Assembly: GCA_045611965.1 (NCBI GenBank)
Contig: JAZKYE010000005.1
Location: forward strand, 836 to 64,835
Reading direction: 5' to 3'
Length of the DNA: 64,000 nt
DNA from: Eubacteriales bacterium
GTDB lineage: Bacteria > Bacillota > Clostridia > Oscillospirales > CAG-272
Positions 47,002-55,997 of the stretch are shown here, in pieces. The notes under the pieces were generated by a model. It was not told the DNA's origin. It saw only the letters and a program-made list of their open reading frames with translations, and did not search any database. Every line of letters starts with the position of its first letter. Position 1 is the first letter of the stretch. A program made the position numbers and the translations under genes.

Positions 47002-48813
47002 ATGAAAAGACTATATCAGAAAAACGGTTTTTCGGGTGCGGATATTCTGCCGCTTGACGCACTTTCGCTTTTCCTTGACGGAAAAGAGGATAAAAGGATA
47101 AACGAAAGAAAGGGCAAGGTGGCGGTCGCACATGCGGAGTCCTGGCTTGACGTGCAAATTCCGGCACTTCTGGCAAGCGACTTTATGCGCTATTCCAAGG
47201 ACGGCGACCGTATGATATACGAGCGTCCCTTCCACGAAAGACGCAAAGCACTCGTCACTCTCGCTATTGCCGAGGCATACGAGGGCGAGGGAAGATTTGT
47301 AAACAAGGCGCTTGACTATCTCTTTTGCATTTTAGAAGAGAGCACCTGGGTTGTTCCTGCACATCAGCGTTGTAACCCTACTACCACCGACGGAGTTCTT
47401 CCGCCCCTGCTTGAAGAGGGCAGTGAGTACGGCATCGACCTCTTTGCCGCAACTACTGCGTCTGTGATTGCCACGGCGTATCTCTGCCTTGGCAAGCAGT
47501 TTGACGGCATATCTCCTGATATAAACAAGAGAATTGGCATCGAGCTTAAGCGCCGCATCTTCCGTCCGTTTGCCGAGCGCGATTACTTGTGGACGGGCGA
47601 GGCAGGCAGCCGACCCTCAAACTGGAACCCTTGGATTACGTCCAACGTCCTTTATGCAAACGCGGTGCTGAACGGTGAGCTGCAGCTGCGCCGTGCCGTC
47701 TGCGAGCGCGCTATGAGATACCTTGACAACTACACCTCGTACATACCGAATGACGGCGGCTGTGACGAAGGACCGAGCTATTGGTCATCGGCTGGCGCAA
47801 GCTGCTTTGACTGCGCTGAAATTCTTTACGATATGTCGGGTGGCAAAATCAATATATTCGCAGAGCCGCTTCTTAAGCAGATGTGCGAATACGAGGCTAA
47901 ATTCCATATTGACGACAAGAGGTTCATAAACTTTGCCGACTGTCCGCCCGGTGTCTTACTCAACCCCTCGCAGATTGCGAGAATGGGCGAGCGCCTAACT
48001 TCCCCCGTTATGTCGAGCTTTGCTTACACGGTGGCAAAAAATAATCCGGTAGCGCTCGAGGCCTCGCACGGATACCGTGTATTCCGCGGCTTCTTTGACG
48101 AGTCGGTAGCGTGCGATAGCTCGTGCGGCTTTACTGATGTCTGGTTTCCCGACCTTAAGGTTATGGTGGCGAGAGAAAATCCCGAAACCAACCGCGGTAT
48201 CTTCGTCGCGGTAAAGGGCGGCAACAACGGTGAGCATCACAACCATAACGATATGGGAAATATTATGGTTTGCTATGACGGCAAGCCCGTAGTTATTGAT
48301 AACGGCGCTGGCGAATATACGAAGATTACCTTCTCATCGCAGCGCTACACGCTCTGGTATATGCAGTCGGGGTATCACAATACCGTAACGGTAAACGGAA
48401 TAACCCAGCATGACGGCGAACAATACAGAACGACCGATGAAATTTATAACAAGGACGAGCGCTCTGTATCTATGCAGCTTAAGTGTGCCTACCCCGAGTG
48501 TGCAGGAATAGAATCGCTCGTAAGAAGCGTGCGACTTGACGGCGGCAGAATAGTGATAACCGATAAGGTAAGCCTTCACGACGAGGGGCACGTGCAAATA
48601 CACTTCCTGCTTAAGGCAGAGCCCGTCATAGAGGGCAGACGCGTCGCGATAGGCGAGGGACGCACGCTAACCTTTGACGAGAGAATGACACCCGAGGTTG
48701 AGTGCATAGCGCTTGACACCTCACTCGTTAAAAGATGGAAAAGTGACAGTCTTTATATGTTAAGACTGAATGCTACTGTAAAGGATGCAGAGCTTGTAAC
48801 CTTTATTGAGTAA
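47002..48813 (+). CDS. Heparinase II/III-family protein
   Basis: EESTWVVPAH, IDLFA, NWNPWI, DGGCDEGPSYW, KGGNNGEHHNHND, QSGYHN; no signal peptide. Confidence 0.85.
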   Translation: MKRLYQKNGFSGADILPLDALSLFLDGKEDKRINERKGKVAVAHAESWLDVQIPALLASDFMRYSKDGDRMIYERPFHERRKALVTLAIAEAYEGEGRFVNKALDYLFCILEESTWVVPAHQRCNPTTTDGVLPPLLEEGSEYGIDLFAATTASVIATAYLCLGKQFDGISPDINKRIGIELKRRIFRPFAERDYLWTGEAGSRPSNWNPWITSNVLYANAVLNGELQLRRAVCERAMRYLDNYTSYIPNDGGCDEGPSYWSSAGASCFDCAEILYDMSGGKINIFAEPLLKQMCEYEAKFHIDDKRFINFADCPPGVLLNPSQIARMGERLTSPVMSSFAYTVAKNNPVALEASHGYRVFRGFFDESVACDSSCGFTDVWFPDLKVMVARENPETNRGIFVAVKGGNNGEHHNHNDMGNIMVCYDGKPVVIDNGAGEYTKITFSSQRYTLWYMQSGYHNTVTVNGITQHDGEQYRTTDEIYNKDERSVSMQLKCAYPECAGIESLVRSVRLDGGRIVITDKVSLHDEGHVQIHFLLKAEPVIEGRRVAIGEGRTLTFDERMTPEVECIALDTSLVKRWKSDSLYMLRLNATVKDAELVTFIE

Positions 48814-48830
48814 CTGCAAAACCTAATAAT

Positions 48831-48875
48831 AAAAAACGCGTTATGCTAACCAATGGTGTGCATAACGCGTTTTTT
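48831..48875. terminator. Bidirectional terminator
   Basis: AAAAAACGCGTTATGC ... GCATAACGCGTTTTTT. Confidence 0.85.
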
Positions 48876-48881
48876 GTTATA

Positions 48882-50360
48882 TTAATTCAACTTGTTATGG
48901 TTATTGTGGTTTTTCCACGTGCTTGGGGATAAGAGAATAAGCATAGGATAAATTTCAAGCCTGCCGAAGAGCATCGCAAACGAAAGCATAAGCTTTACCA
49001 AGGGCGAGAAGAGCGCAAAATTCTGTGCAGGTCCTATGAGGCTTCCAAGTCCCGGTCCTACGTTGTTGATGCAGGTCACAGCAGCAGTGATGCTCGTCGT
49101 TAAATCATATCCGTCGAGCGCCACGATAAGCATGGTGCAAAGAAGCGCTGCCGTATATAGCGAAAGATAGCCGAGTGCGGCTCTGCCCGTTTCCTCACTC
49201 ATCGGCTCACCGTTGAGCTTAAGGGTTTTTACCGAGCTTGGCTTAAGCATATGACGGATGTTTGCGCTCATCATCTTAAATACGATAATAAGCCTTGAAA
49301 TCTTAAAGCCGCCTGCCGTAGAGCCGGCGCACGCGCCGAAGAACATAAGGATAAACAGCACGGTTTTTGAAAGCTCCGGCCACAGATTAAAGTCAACGGA
49401 GGCAAAGCCCGTGGTGGATACGATAGAGGTGACCTGAAAGAATGCCGCGCGTATAGCGTCACCGACGCTCGGCGCTACGGTGTCAATTGATGCTACGAGG
49501 TTTACCGATATTATCGCGGTTGCGACGAATATCATCACGAGGTAAACCTTAAGCTCGGTGTTTTTCAGTATAGGTGTGAAGCTTCCTATAAGCAGGAAGA
49601 AATAGAGAGTATAGTTTATGCCCGACAGAAGCATAAATATCGCAATTATCCATTCTGCGGCAGGATTTGCATAGCCGCCGACGGATGCCGCACTTACCGA
49701 AAAGCCGCCCGTGCCCGTTGTGGCAAACGCGGTTACGATAGCATCGTAAAACGGAATCCCCGCGATAACGAGCGCGACTGCTTCGATAAGCGTGATGCCC
49801 ACGTAAATGCCGTAGAGAATAAGCGCCGTCTGGCGTAGCCTCGGCACAAGCTTACCCTTCGTAGGGCCCGGCACCTCTGCGCGCATTATGTGAATTGCGC
49901 TTGAATCTGCTGGAAGAATTGCGAGCATAAACACAAGCACGCCCATACCGCCTATCCAATGCGTGAAGCTTCGGAAGAACATAATTCCTCGCGCCGCCGT
50001 GTCGATTTCAGCCCCCATTACGGTTGCGCCCGTGGTGGTGAAGCCCGATGCGGTTTCAAACAGCGCGTCGATATAATTCGGTATAACACCCGAGAATACG
50101 AAGGGAAGTGCGCCGATGGCTGACATAAGCGTCCAGCTGAGGGCGACGAGCACGAAGCCTTCCTTTGCGTATATGCTTTTCGTTTTCGGCCGTGAAAAAA
50201 TGACCGCCGGCACCGCTACCGCGCAGATGATGAGAATCGTGTAGACGAACGGCAGAACACTCTCGCCGAAAATCACCGAAACCAGCATCGGAAGGAGCAT
50301 AAGAGCCCCGAGTATCAGCATAACGACACCGAGAAGATAAATCAGAAATCTGAAATTCAT
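48882..50360 (-). CDS. trkH: Trk potassium uptake membrane protein
   Basis: FETASGFTTTGA, GTGGF, STTGF, GSTAGG, NNVGPG. Confidence 0.93.
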   Translation of the reverse strand: MNFRFLIYLLGVVMLILGALMLLPMLVSVIFGESVLPFVYTILIICAVAVPAVIFSRPKTKSIYAKEGFVLVALSWTLMSAIGALPFVFSGVIPNYIDALFETASGFTTTGATVMGAEIDTAARGIMFFRSFTHWIGGMGVLVFMLAILPADSSAIHIMRAEVPGPTKGKLVPRLRQTALILYGIYVGITLIEAVALVIAGIPFYDAIVTAFATTGTGGFSVSAASVGGYANPAAEWIIAIFMLLSGINYTLYFFLLIGSFTPILKNTELKVYLVMIFVATAIISVNLVASIDTVAPSVGDAIRAAFFQVTSIVSTTGFASVDFNLWPELSKTVLFILMFFGACAGSTAGGFKISRLIIVFKMMSANIRHMLKPSSVKTLKLNGEPMSEETGRAALGYLSLYTAALLCTMLIVALDGYDLTTSITAAVTCINNVGPGLGSLIGPAQNFALFSPLVKLMLSFAMLFGRLEIYPMLILLSPSTWKNHNNHNKLN

Positions 50361-51712
50361 TTTAATATATCCCTTATGCTGTTGAGCATAGTGTCCTTTG
50401 CAACCACGATAACGCTGTCACCCTTGCGGATTTCATCATTACCCGTGGGTATTATAATTTCCTTTCCGCGCGCAATGCAGGCGATAAGCACACCGTCCTT
50501 GCGCTTAATATCCTTGATGGCGATATTGGTTATTTCCGCAATGTCGTCCTTGATATTAAATTCAAGCGATTCAAGCGCGCCCGACATCATATGGTGAAGC
50601 GCGCGGATTTCCGAGCCTCTTGAATCTGCCATTCCGCGAATAAATCTCACGACCTGACCTACCGTTGAGTGCTTTGGCGAAACCACGTTGTCAAGCCCTG
50701 CCGCCTTGAAGAAGTCAACGTAGGTAAGATTGCTTATCATAGTAATAACGACGGGCACACCCTTTGTTCTTGCGAACATCGAGCAGATTGCATTTTCCTC
50801 GTCAATGCGAGAGAGCGATAAAAAAGCGTCCGCGCGCTCAATGCCCTCTTCAAGCAGAACCTCTTGACGCGAGGGGTTGGCGCAGATTACGTTCACCGTG
50901 TTAATCATAGAAAGCTCACGGCACAGCTCGGGGTCCTTCTCAATTACGGTTATGTCGGTTTTTGTGCGGCGAAGCAGGTCGCAAAGATAATAGGTTGTTC
51001 TGCCGCCGCCGACTATAAGCAGATTTCTTACCGGGCGCTTGTAGCTTTTCGTTGCCTTTAAGAACTTTACCGTGTCCTCAACCGCGGTAGTGACGCAGAT
51101 AGAATCCTTCGCGCATAGCACCGTGCTTCCGTTGGGTATAAACACCTCGTCACCGCGACGGACACCGCACACAAGAAAGCCGATGCCAAGCTCTTCGCGA
51201 AGCTCATAGAGCGTTTTTTCCGCGAGTGGCGAATCCTCGGCGAGGGTATATTCAATCGTCTCTACCCGTCCGTCGCAGAAGGTGTCAACTCTCGATGCCG
51301 ACGGCAGACGCAAAACGCGAGAAATGGTCTTTGCCGCCGAAAGCTCGGGGTTGACAATAAGACCGAGACCGAGGTCCTGACTCGTAAGCTCGCAAAGCTC
51401 GGTATATTCGGGGTTTCTTACTCTTGCTGCCGTGTTCTTGACACCAAGCTTTTTCGCAAGAAAGCAGCATAAAAGATTAACCTCGTCAGAGTCGGTAAGC
51501 GCGAGCAGAAGGTCTGCGCGGCCGGCACCCGTTTCCTTAAGTGACGACGCGCTGGCGCAGTTGCCTATAAAGCCCGATACATCATAGGTGTTGACGAGCT
51601 CGTTTACGGCATCCTCTGAGCAGTCGAGTACGGTTACAGCGTGTCCCTCGCCGACAAGCTCGCCGCACACGGCAGAGCCGACAGAGCCAACGCCTGCAAT
51701 AATAATTTTCAT
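50357..51712 (-). CDS. trkA: Trk potassium uptake NAD-binding subunit
   Basis: Two RCK units, IIIAGVGSVG and LIVGGGR; overlaps trkH. Confidence 0.93.
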   Translation of the reverse strand: MKIIIAGVGSVGSAVCGELVGEGHAVTVLDCSEDAVNELVNTYDVSGFIGNCASASSLKETGAGRADLLLALTDSDEVNLLCCFLAKKLGVKNTAARVRNPEYTELCELTSQDLGLGLIVNPELSAAKTISRVLRLPSASRVDTFCDGRVETIEYTLAEDSPLAEKTLYELREELGIGFLVCGVRRGDEVFIPNGSTVLCAKDSICVTTAVEDTVKFLKATKSYKRPVRNLLIVGGGRTTYYLCDLLRRTKTDITVIEKDPELCRELSMINTVNVICANPSRQEVLLEEGIERADAFLSLSRIDEENAICSMFARTKGVPVVITMISNLTYVDFFKAAGLDNVVSPKHSTVGQVVRFIRGMADSRGSEIRALHHMMSGALESLEFNIKDDIAEITNIAIKDIKRKDGVLIACIARGKEIIIPTGNDEIRKGDSVIVVAKDTMLNSIRDILK

Positions 51713-51755
51713 AGTTAAATCCTCGTTTTTGTAAAGGAATGTTTATATAAAAGCC

Positions 51756-52970
51756 TTACGCGTAAATTTTTACAAGCTCTTCAAGAATTTTTACAACCGA
51801 ATCCATAGCCTCTACGCTGATATGCTCATAAGGACCGTGGAAGGCGTGACCGCCCGTTCCGAGGTTGGGGCAGGGAAGTCCCATAAACGAGAGCCTCGCG
51901 CCGTCAGTGCCGCCTCTGATGGGAAGCGTTTTCGGGGTAAGTCCCGCGCGCTCGGTGGCAAGCCTTGCGTTGTCGATAAGATGTATGCAGGGCTCGATTT
52001 TTTCCTTCATATTTCGGTACTGCTCACGTACGGAAAGGCTGACCGTACCCTCGCCGTATTTACCGTTAAGAGCCTCTTCAATATCGAAAAGGGTATTGAG
52101 CCTTGCAACCATACATTCTGCGCTGTGATCTCTTACGATGTACTGAAGAAGCGCGCTTGATACGTCACCCCTGATATCCGTCAGGTGATAGAAGCCCTGA
52201 TAGCCATCAGTCTGTCTTGGTATCTCAAAGGTGGGAAGCGCAGAGTTGAATTCGCAGGCAACGAGGGATGCGTTTATCATCTTGTCCTTCGCCTCGCCCG
52301 GATGCACGCTAACGCCCTTAATCTCAACCCTCGCGGCGCACGCGTTGAAGTTTTCATATTCAAGCGAGCCTTCCTCGCCGCCGTCAACCGTGAAGGCAAA
52401 ATCGGCACCAAAGCGCTCTATATCAAAGCCCTCTGCGCCCTCACCGATTTCCTCGTCGGGGGTAAAGGCAAAGCAAAGCTTGCCGTGAGGTATATTCTCA
52501 CTCTGTACGCGCTCAATGAGCGTCATAATCTCTGCGACGCCTGCCTTATCGTCTGCGCCAAGCAGGGTGTAGCCGTCTGCGGTGATAACAGTTCTTCCCT
52601 TAAGCGACTTCAGGTGAGGGAAGGTTTCGGTGCTGATAACGAGGTCGCAGTTAGGAAGCCTTATGTCAGCGCCGTCGTAATTTTCCCAAAGCACGGGATT
52701 TACACCGTCACCGCGATAATCGGGTGAGGTGTCGATGTGCGCGATAAAGCCGAGCGCAGATGCGTTTTCGTGTCCCTCGCTTGCAGGAAGCGTTGCGTAG
52801 GTGTAGCAGTCGTCAGAAACGAAAACACCCTCGCACCCAAGGGCGCGAAGCTCGTCAGCGAGCGCCTGCGCCAGCGCAAACTGCGACTTCGTGCTTGGAT
52901 GCTCAAGCGTTTCCTCATCGCTCTGCGTTGCAAATTTAACGTATTTTAAAAATCTCTCATATGCTCTCAT
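51756..52970 (-). CDS. pepT: Peptidase T
   Basis: AHIDT, LGADDKAG, PDEEIG, VHPG.AK, IRGGTDG. Confidence 0.95.
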   Translation of the reverse strand: MRAYERFLKYVKFATQSDEETLEHPSTKSQFALAQALADELRALGCEGVFVSDDCYTYATLPASEGHENASALGFIAHIDTSPDYRGDGVNPVLWENYDGADIRLPNCDLVISTETFPHLKSLKGRTVITADGYTLLGADDKAGVAEIMTLIERVQSENIPHGKLCFAFTPDEEIGEGAEGFDIERFGADFAFTVDGGEEGSLEYENFNACAARVEIKGVSVHPGEAKDKMINASLVACEFNSALPTFEIPRQTDGYQGFYHLTDIRGDVSSALLQYIVRDHSAECMVARLNTLFDIEEALNGKYGEGTVSLSVREQYRNMKEKIEPCIHLIDNARLATERAGLTPKTLPIRGGTDGARLSFMGLPCPNLGTGGHAFHGPYEHISVEAMDSVVKILEELVKIYA

Positions 52971-53027
52971 AGGATACCTCTGTGGTGATAAATTATATTT
53001 TAAATAATATTTCAGTTATTATGTCAT

Positions 53028-53197
53028 AAAAGGCATGGCAGAGCACTAACACGGTGAGTGCTCTGTTGCGGTTTTCATAAAACCGCCGCGCTGTGCGTGG
53101 GCACAGTCTGCCTTTTTGAGAATAGCTGCACGGCAAATCTTCGATTTTATAAGGCAAAGCCTTATTTCTCGCTCACAACGAGAGCGAGTTCGTGCAG
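53028..53197 (-). ncRNA. Candidate structured RNA / 5' leader of pepT with two four-way junctions
   Basis: Eight perfect stems of 5-9 bp nested as two multiloops, directly downstream of a consensus promoter. Confidence 0.55.
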
Positions 53198-53199
53198 AT

Positions 53200-53228
53200 A
53201 TTATATCACAGAATTTGCCTTTTGTCAA
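53200..53228 (-). promoter_or_regulatory. Consensus sigmaA promoter
   Basis: TTGACA (53228-53223), 17 bp, TG-extended TATAAT (53205-53200). Confidence 0.8.
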
Positions 53229-53441
53229 ATAATTATTTCGCACGAGCGCGCACCAGAGGCTTTTTCGGGGATTTTTTGGCAAAAATACATCAAAGCTATT
53301 GCTTTTTATAAATAAAATTGATACAATAGTTAGCGTGATGATTTTAAGCCTCGGAGGACCTTTAAGACTATGGCATACGCCGGGGCTTCACAAGTGCCGC
53401 AAATGCGGCAAAAACGAACGAAAATCAAGGATGTAAGAATT

Positions 53442-54695
53442 ATGTATTTTGAATACGAGATAAGTGATGAAACTGTCGCTCTTGCAGAGAAAGCAGAGGC
53501 GGATTGCAAAGAAATATTTGCAAAAATAGACGAAAACGCGATGAAAATATCCTCTAAAATTTTATCATCGTTTCAGAAGCTTCGCGTGTCGAGCTCGGAT
53601 TTTATTGACATAACGGGCTACGGCTATTCCGATGCAGGACGCGATAAGCTTGAGGCTCTTTACGCGGATGTTTTCGGTGCAGAGGATGCGCTCGTACGCC
53701 CTCAGCTTATGTCGGGAACTCACGCGCTCGCGGTAACCCTCGGCGGTATGCTTAAGCCCGGCGACACGCTCGTTTATATTTCGGGAGAGCCCTACGATAC
53801 GTTGAGAAGCGTTATCGGCACATCGGGAGAGAGCCGCAATTCTCTTATTAAATACGGTGTCAGGTATGAGGAAATCGACCTTCTTGGCGACGATTTCGAT
53901 TATGAAAAGGTAAAAGAGCGCATATCGCGCGGTGACGTTACGGTTGCCGCAATTCAGAGAAGCCGCGGCTACTCTCACAGATTAAGCCTTAATATTGATA
54001 AAATTGAGAAGGTAATCAAAACCGTGAAGGATGCCTGCGCGGATACGCTCGTTATGGTTGACAACTGCTATGGTGAGTTTTGCGAGGACCGCGAGCCCAC
54101 CCACGTCGGTGCTGACGTTTTCGTCGGCTCGATGATGAAAAATCTCGGTGCAGGCTTTGCTACGAGCGGTGCTTACTGTGTCGGCAAGGCTAAGGTTATC
54201 GAGGATATTGCAGAGCGCTTCAGCGCACCCTGCATCGGCAAGGACCTTGGTGCTAACTTCAATCAGCTTGCCTCGTACTTCAAGGGCTTCTTCGTCGCGC
54301 CTACGACGGTTGCCGCTACCTTGAAATCTATGGTGTTTGCCGCGAGAATGCTTGAGCTTTCGGGCTTTGAGGACATAAGCCCTCGCTACGATGGTGAGCG
54401 CACCGATATCGTGCAGACCGTGGACCTTCACGACGAGAATCTGCTCGTCAAATTCTGTACGGGAATACAGAAGGGCTCGCCCATCGAGTCCTACGCAACG
54501 CCGTATCCGTCGGAGATGCCCGGCTATCCTCACCTTGAGGTCAGCGCGGCAGGTACTTTTGTAACGGGCGCTACCAACGAGCTGTCCTGCGACGGACCTC
54601 TCACACCGCCCTATACCGCGTATCTTCAGGGTGGACTTACTTATGAATACGGCAAGCTCGGTGTAATGCGCGCCATTGACGAGATGAAGAGCTGA
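53442..54695 (+). CDS. Methionine gamma-lyase-family PLP protein (YnbB/aluminium-resistance family)
   Basis: TGYGYSDAGRD, SGTHAL, QRSRGY, VDNCYGEF, GSMMKNLG, ELSCDGP. Confidence 0.9.
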   Translation: MYFEYEISDETVALAEKAEADCKEIFAKIDENAMKISSKILSSFQKLRVSSSDFIDITGYGYSDAGRDKLEALYADVFGAEDALVRPQLMSGTHALAVTLGGMLKPGDTLVYISGEPYDTLRSVIGTSGESRNSLIKYGVRYEEIDLLGDDFDYEKVKERISRGDVTVAAIQRSRGYSHRLSLNIDKIEKVIKTVKDACADTLVMVDNCYGEFCEDREPTHVGADVFVGSMMKNLGAGFATSGAYCVGKAKVIEDIAERFSAPCIGKDLGANFNQLASYFKGFFVAPTTVAATLKSMVFAARMLELSGFEDISPRYDGERTDIVQTVDLHDENLLVKFCTGIQKGSPIESYATPYPSEMPGYPHLEVSAAGTFVTGATNELSCDGPLTPPYTAYLQGGLTYEYGKLGVMRAIDEMKS

Positions 54696-54723
54696 AATAT
54701 GCTCTGAAATTTCAAAAAAGCAC

Positions 54724-54753
54724 TTGACATCGGGTGTAAATCCGTTGTATAAT
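54724..54753 (+). promoter_or_regulatory. sigmaA promoter upstream of the TPP riboswitch
   Basis: TTGACA (54724-54729), 18 bp, TATAAT (54748-54753). Confidence 0.7.
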
Positions 54754-54772
54754 GTGGTTGTCACAATAGAAT

Positions 54773-54862
54773 ATATCAGGGGTGCTGATTTATCGGCTGA
54801 GATGCGGCGTAGGCTGCAAACCCTTTAACCTGATACGGATAATACCGGCGTAGGGAGATGCT
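54773..54862 (+). ncRNA. TPP riboswitch
   Basis: AGGGGTGCT...GCTGAGA...ACCCTTTAACCTGATACGGATAATACCGGCGTAGGGA upstream of thiT. Confidence 0.95.
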
Positions 54863-54886
54863 TACATAGAGGTGATTTTTCACCCT

Positions 54887-54927
54887 TTTCTGCCACACGG
54901 GATATTTTCTGTGTGGCAGAAATTTTT
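54887..54927 (+). terminator. Riboswitch expression-platform terminator
   Basis: TTTCTGCCACACGG ... CTGTGTGGCAGAAA-TTTTT. Confidence 0.8.
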
Positions 54928-54954
54928 ATGGCTAAAAGCCAAAGGAGAGAAACC

Positions 54955-55839
54955 ATGAAAACACGCGCACTCGTCAAAAGGCTCGTTGAGGCGGCACTTC
55001 TTATCGCTATCTCGACAGTCCTCTCAACCCTGAAGCTCATTGATATGCCGTACGGCGGCTCGGTGAGCTTCGCATCCTGCATCCCCGTTATGATAATCGG
55101 CTACCGCTACGGGATGAAATTCGGTCTTGCTTCGGCAGGCGTTTACGCCCTGATTCAACAGCTGCTGGGGCTTGAGAATTTCGCCTACCTTCCCGTGCCA
55201 ACGCCCGTTGCCATTATCGGACTTATTCTTTTTGACTACGTACTCGCATTCCTTGCCATAGGCGTAGGATGTATCTTCCGCGGCAGACTCGGTGAGCATA
55301 GCGCCTCTGTGCAGTCACTTGAGCTTTGCCTCGGTGCTGTGCTCGTATGTGTCCTTCGCTATATTTGTCACACCGTCGCAGGCTGTACCGTATGGCAGGA
55401 GCTTCCTATTCCCGATAGCGCGGCTATCATTTATTCAATCAGCTACAACGCAACCTATATGATTCCCGAAACTATAATCTGCGCGCTCGTCGGTGCATAT
55501 CTTGGCAGGGCTATTGATTTTTCAAGGCCTGTCCCGATGCCGTTTGCCGAGCGAAGCACCTCAAATCAGAGCAGAGGTGTGGGGGCGTGTCGTATTTTTG
55601 CCCTCTCGGCGTGGCTCACCTGCATCGGTGGCGTAATCGCGGACGTATGCCTCATTTTTAAATTTACGCAGGATGCCGAGAGCGGTGAGCTTACCCTCTC
55701 ATACCTCTCGTCGGTAAACTGGACCGCCGTTGCTGCCGTCAGCGGTGTGTGCGCTATATTTACCGTCATCCTCGCGACCGCCGCCACCGTGCTTCGCCGC
55801 GCGCAGAGCAAGGACGGCGAGTGTGAGTCTTTGACGTAA
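54955..55839 (+). CDS. thiT: ECF-type thiamine transporter S-component with C-terminal extension
   Basis: MPYGGSVS, LFDYVLAF, RYICH..AG, YSISYNATYM; TPP riboswitch upstream. Confidence 0.9.
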   Translation: MKTRALVKRLVEAALLIAISTVLSTLKLIDMPYGGSVSFASCIPVMIIGYRYGMKFGLASAGVYALIQQLLGLENFAYLPVPTPVAIIGLILFDYVLAFLAIGVGCIFRGRLGEHSASVQSLELCLGAVLVCVLRYICHTVAGCTVWQELPIPDSAAIIYSISYNATYMIPETIICALVGAYLGRAIDFSRPVPMPFAERSTSNQSRGVGACRIFALSAWLTCIGGVIADVCLIFKFTQDAESGELTLSYLSSVNWTAVAAVSGVCAIFTVILATAATVLRRAQSKDGECESLT

Positions 55840-55860
55840 ATAAACACGCTATATTTTAAG

Positions 55861-55905
55861 TTGGCACATTGCACAAGCCGTTTTGTGTAATGTGCCGATT
55901 TTTGT
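55861..55905 (+). terminator. Terminator after thiT
   Basis: TTGGCACATTGCACAAG ... TTTGTGTAATGTGCCGA plus T tract. Confidence 0.7.
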
Positions 55906-55997
55906 TTCGTTCATATTCCGTTTATTGACCGTCGCGCGGTGATATGATATAATTAACCTGTTCAAATGTTAGATAATATCATTTGGGAGTGAAAGCT

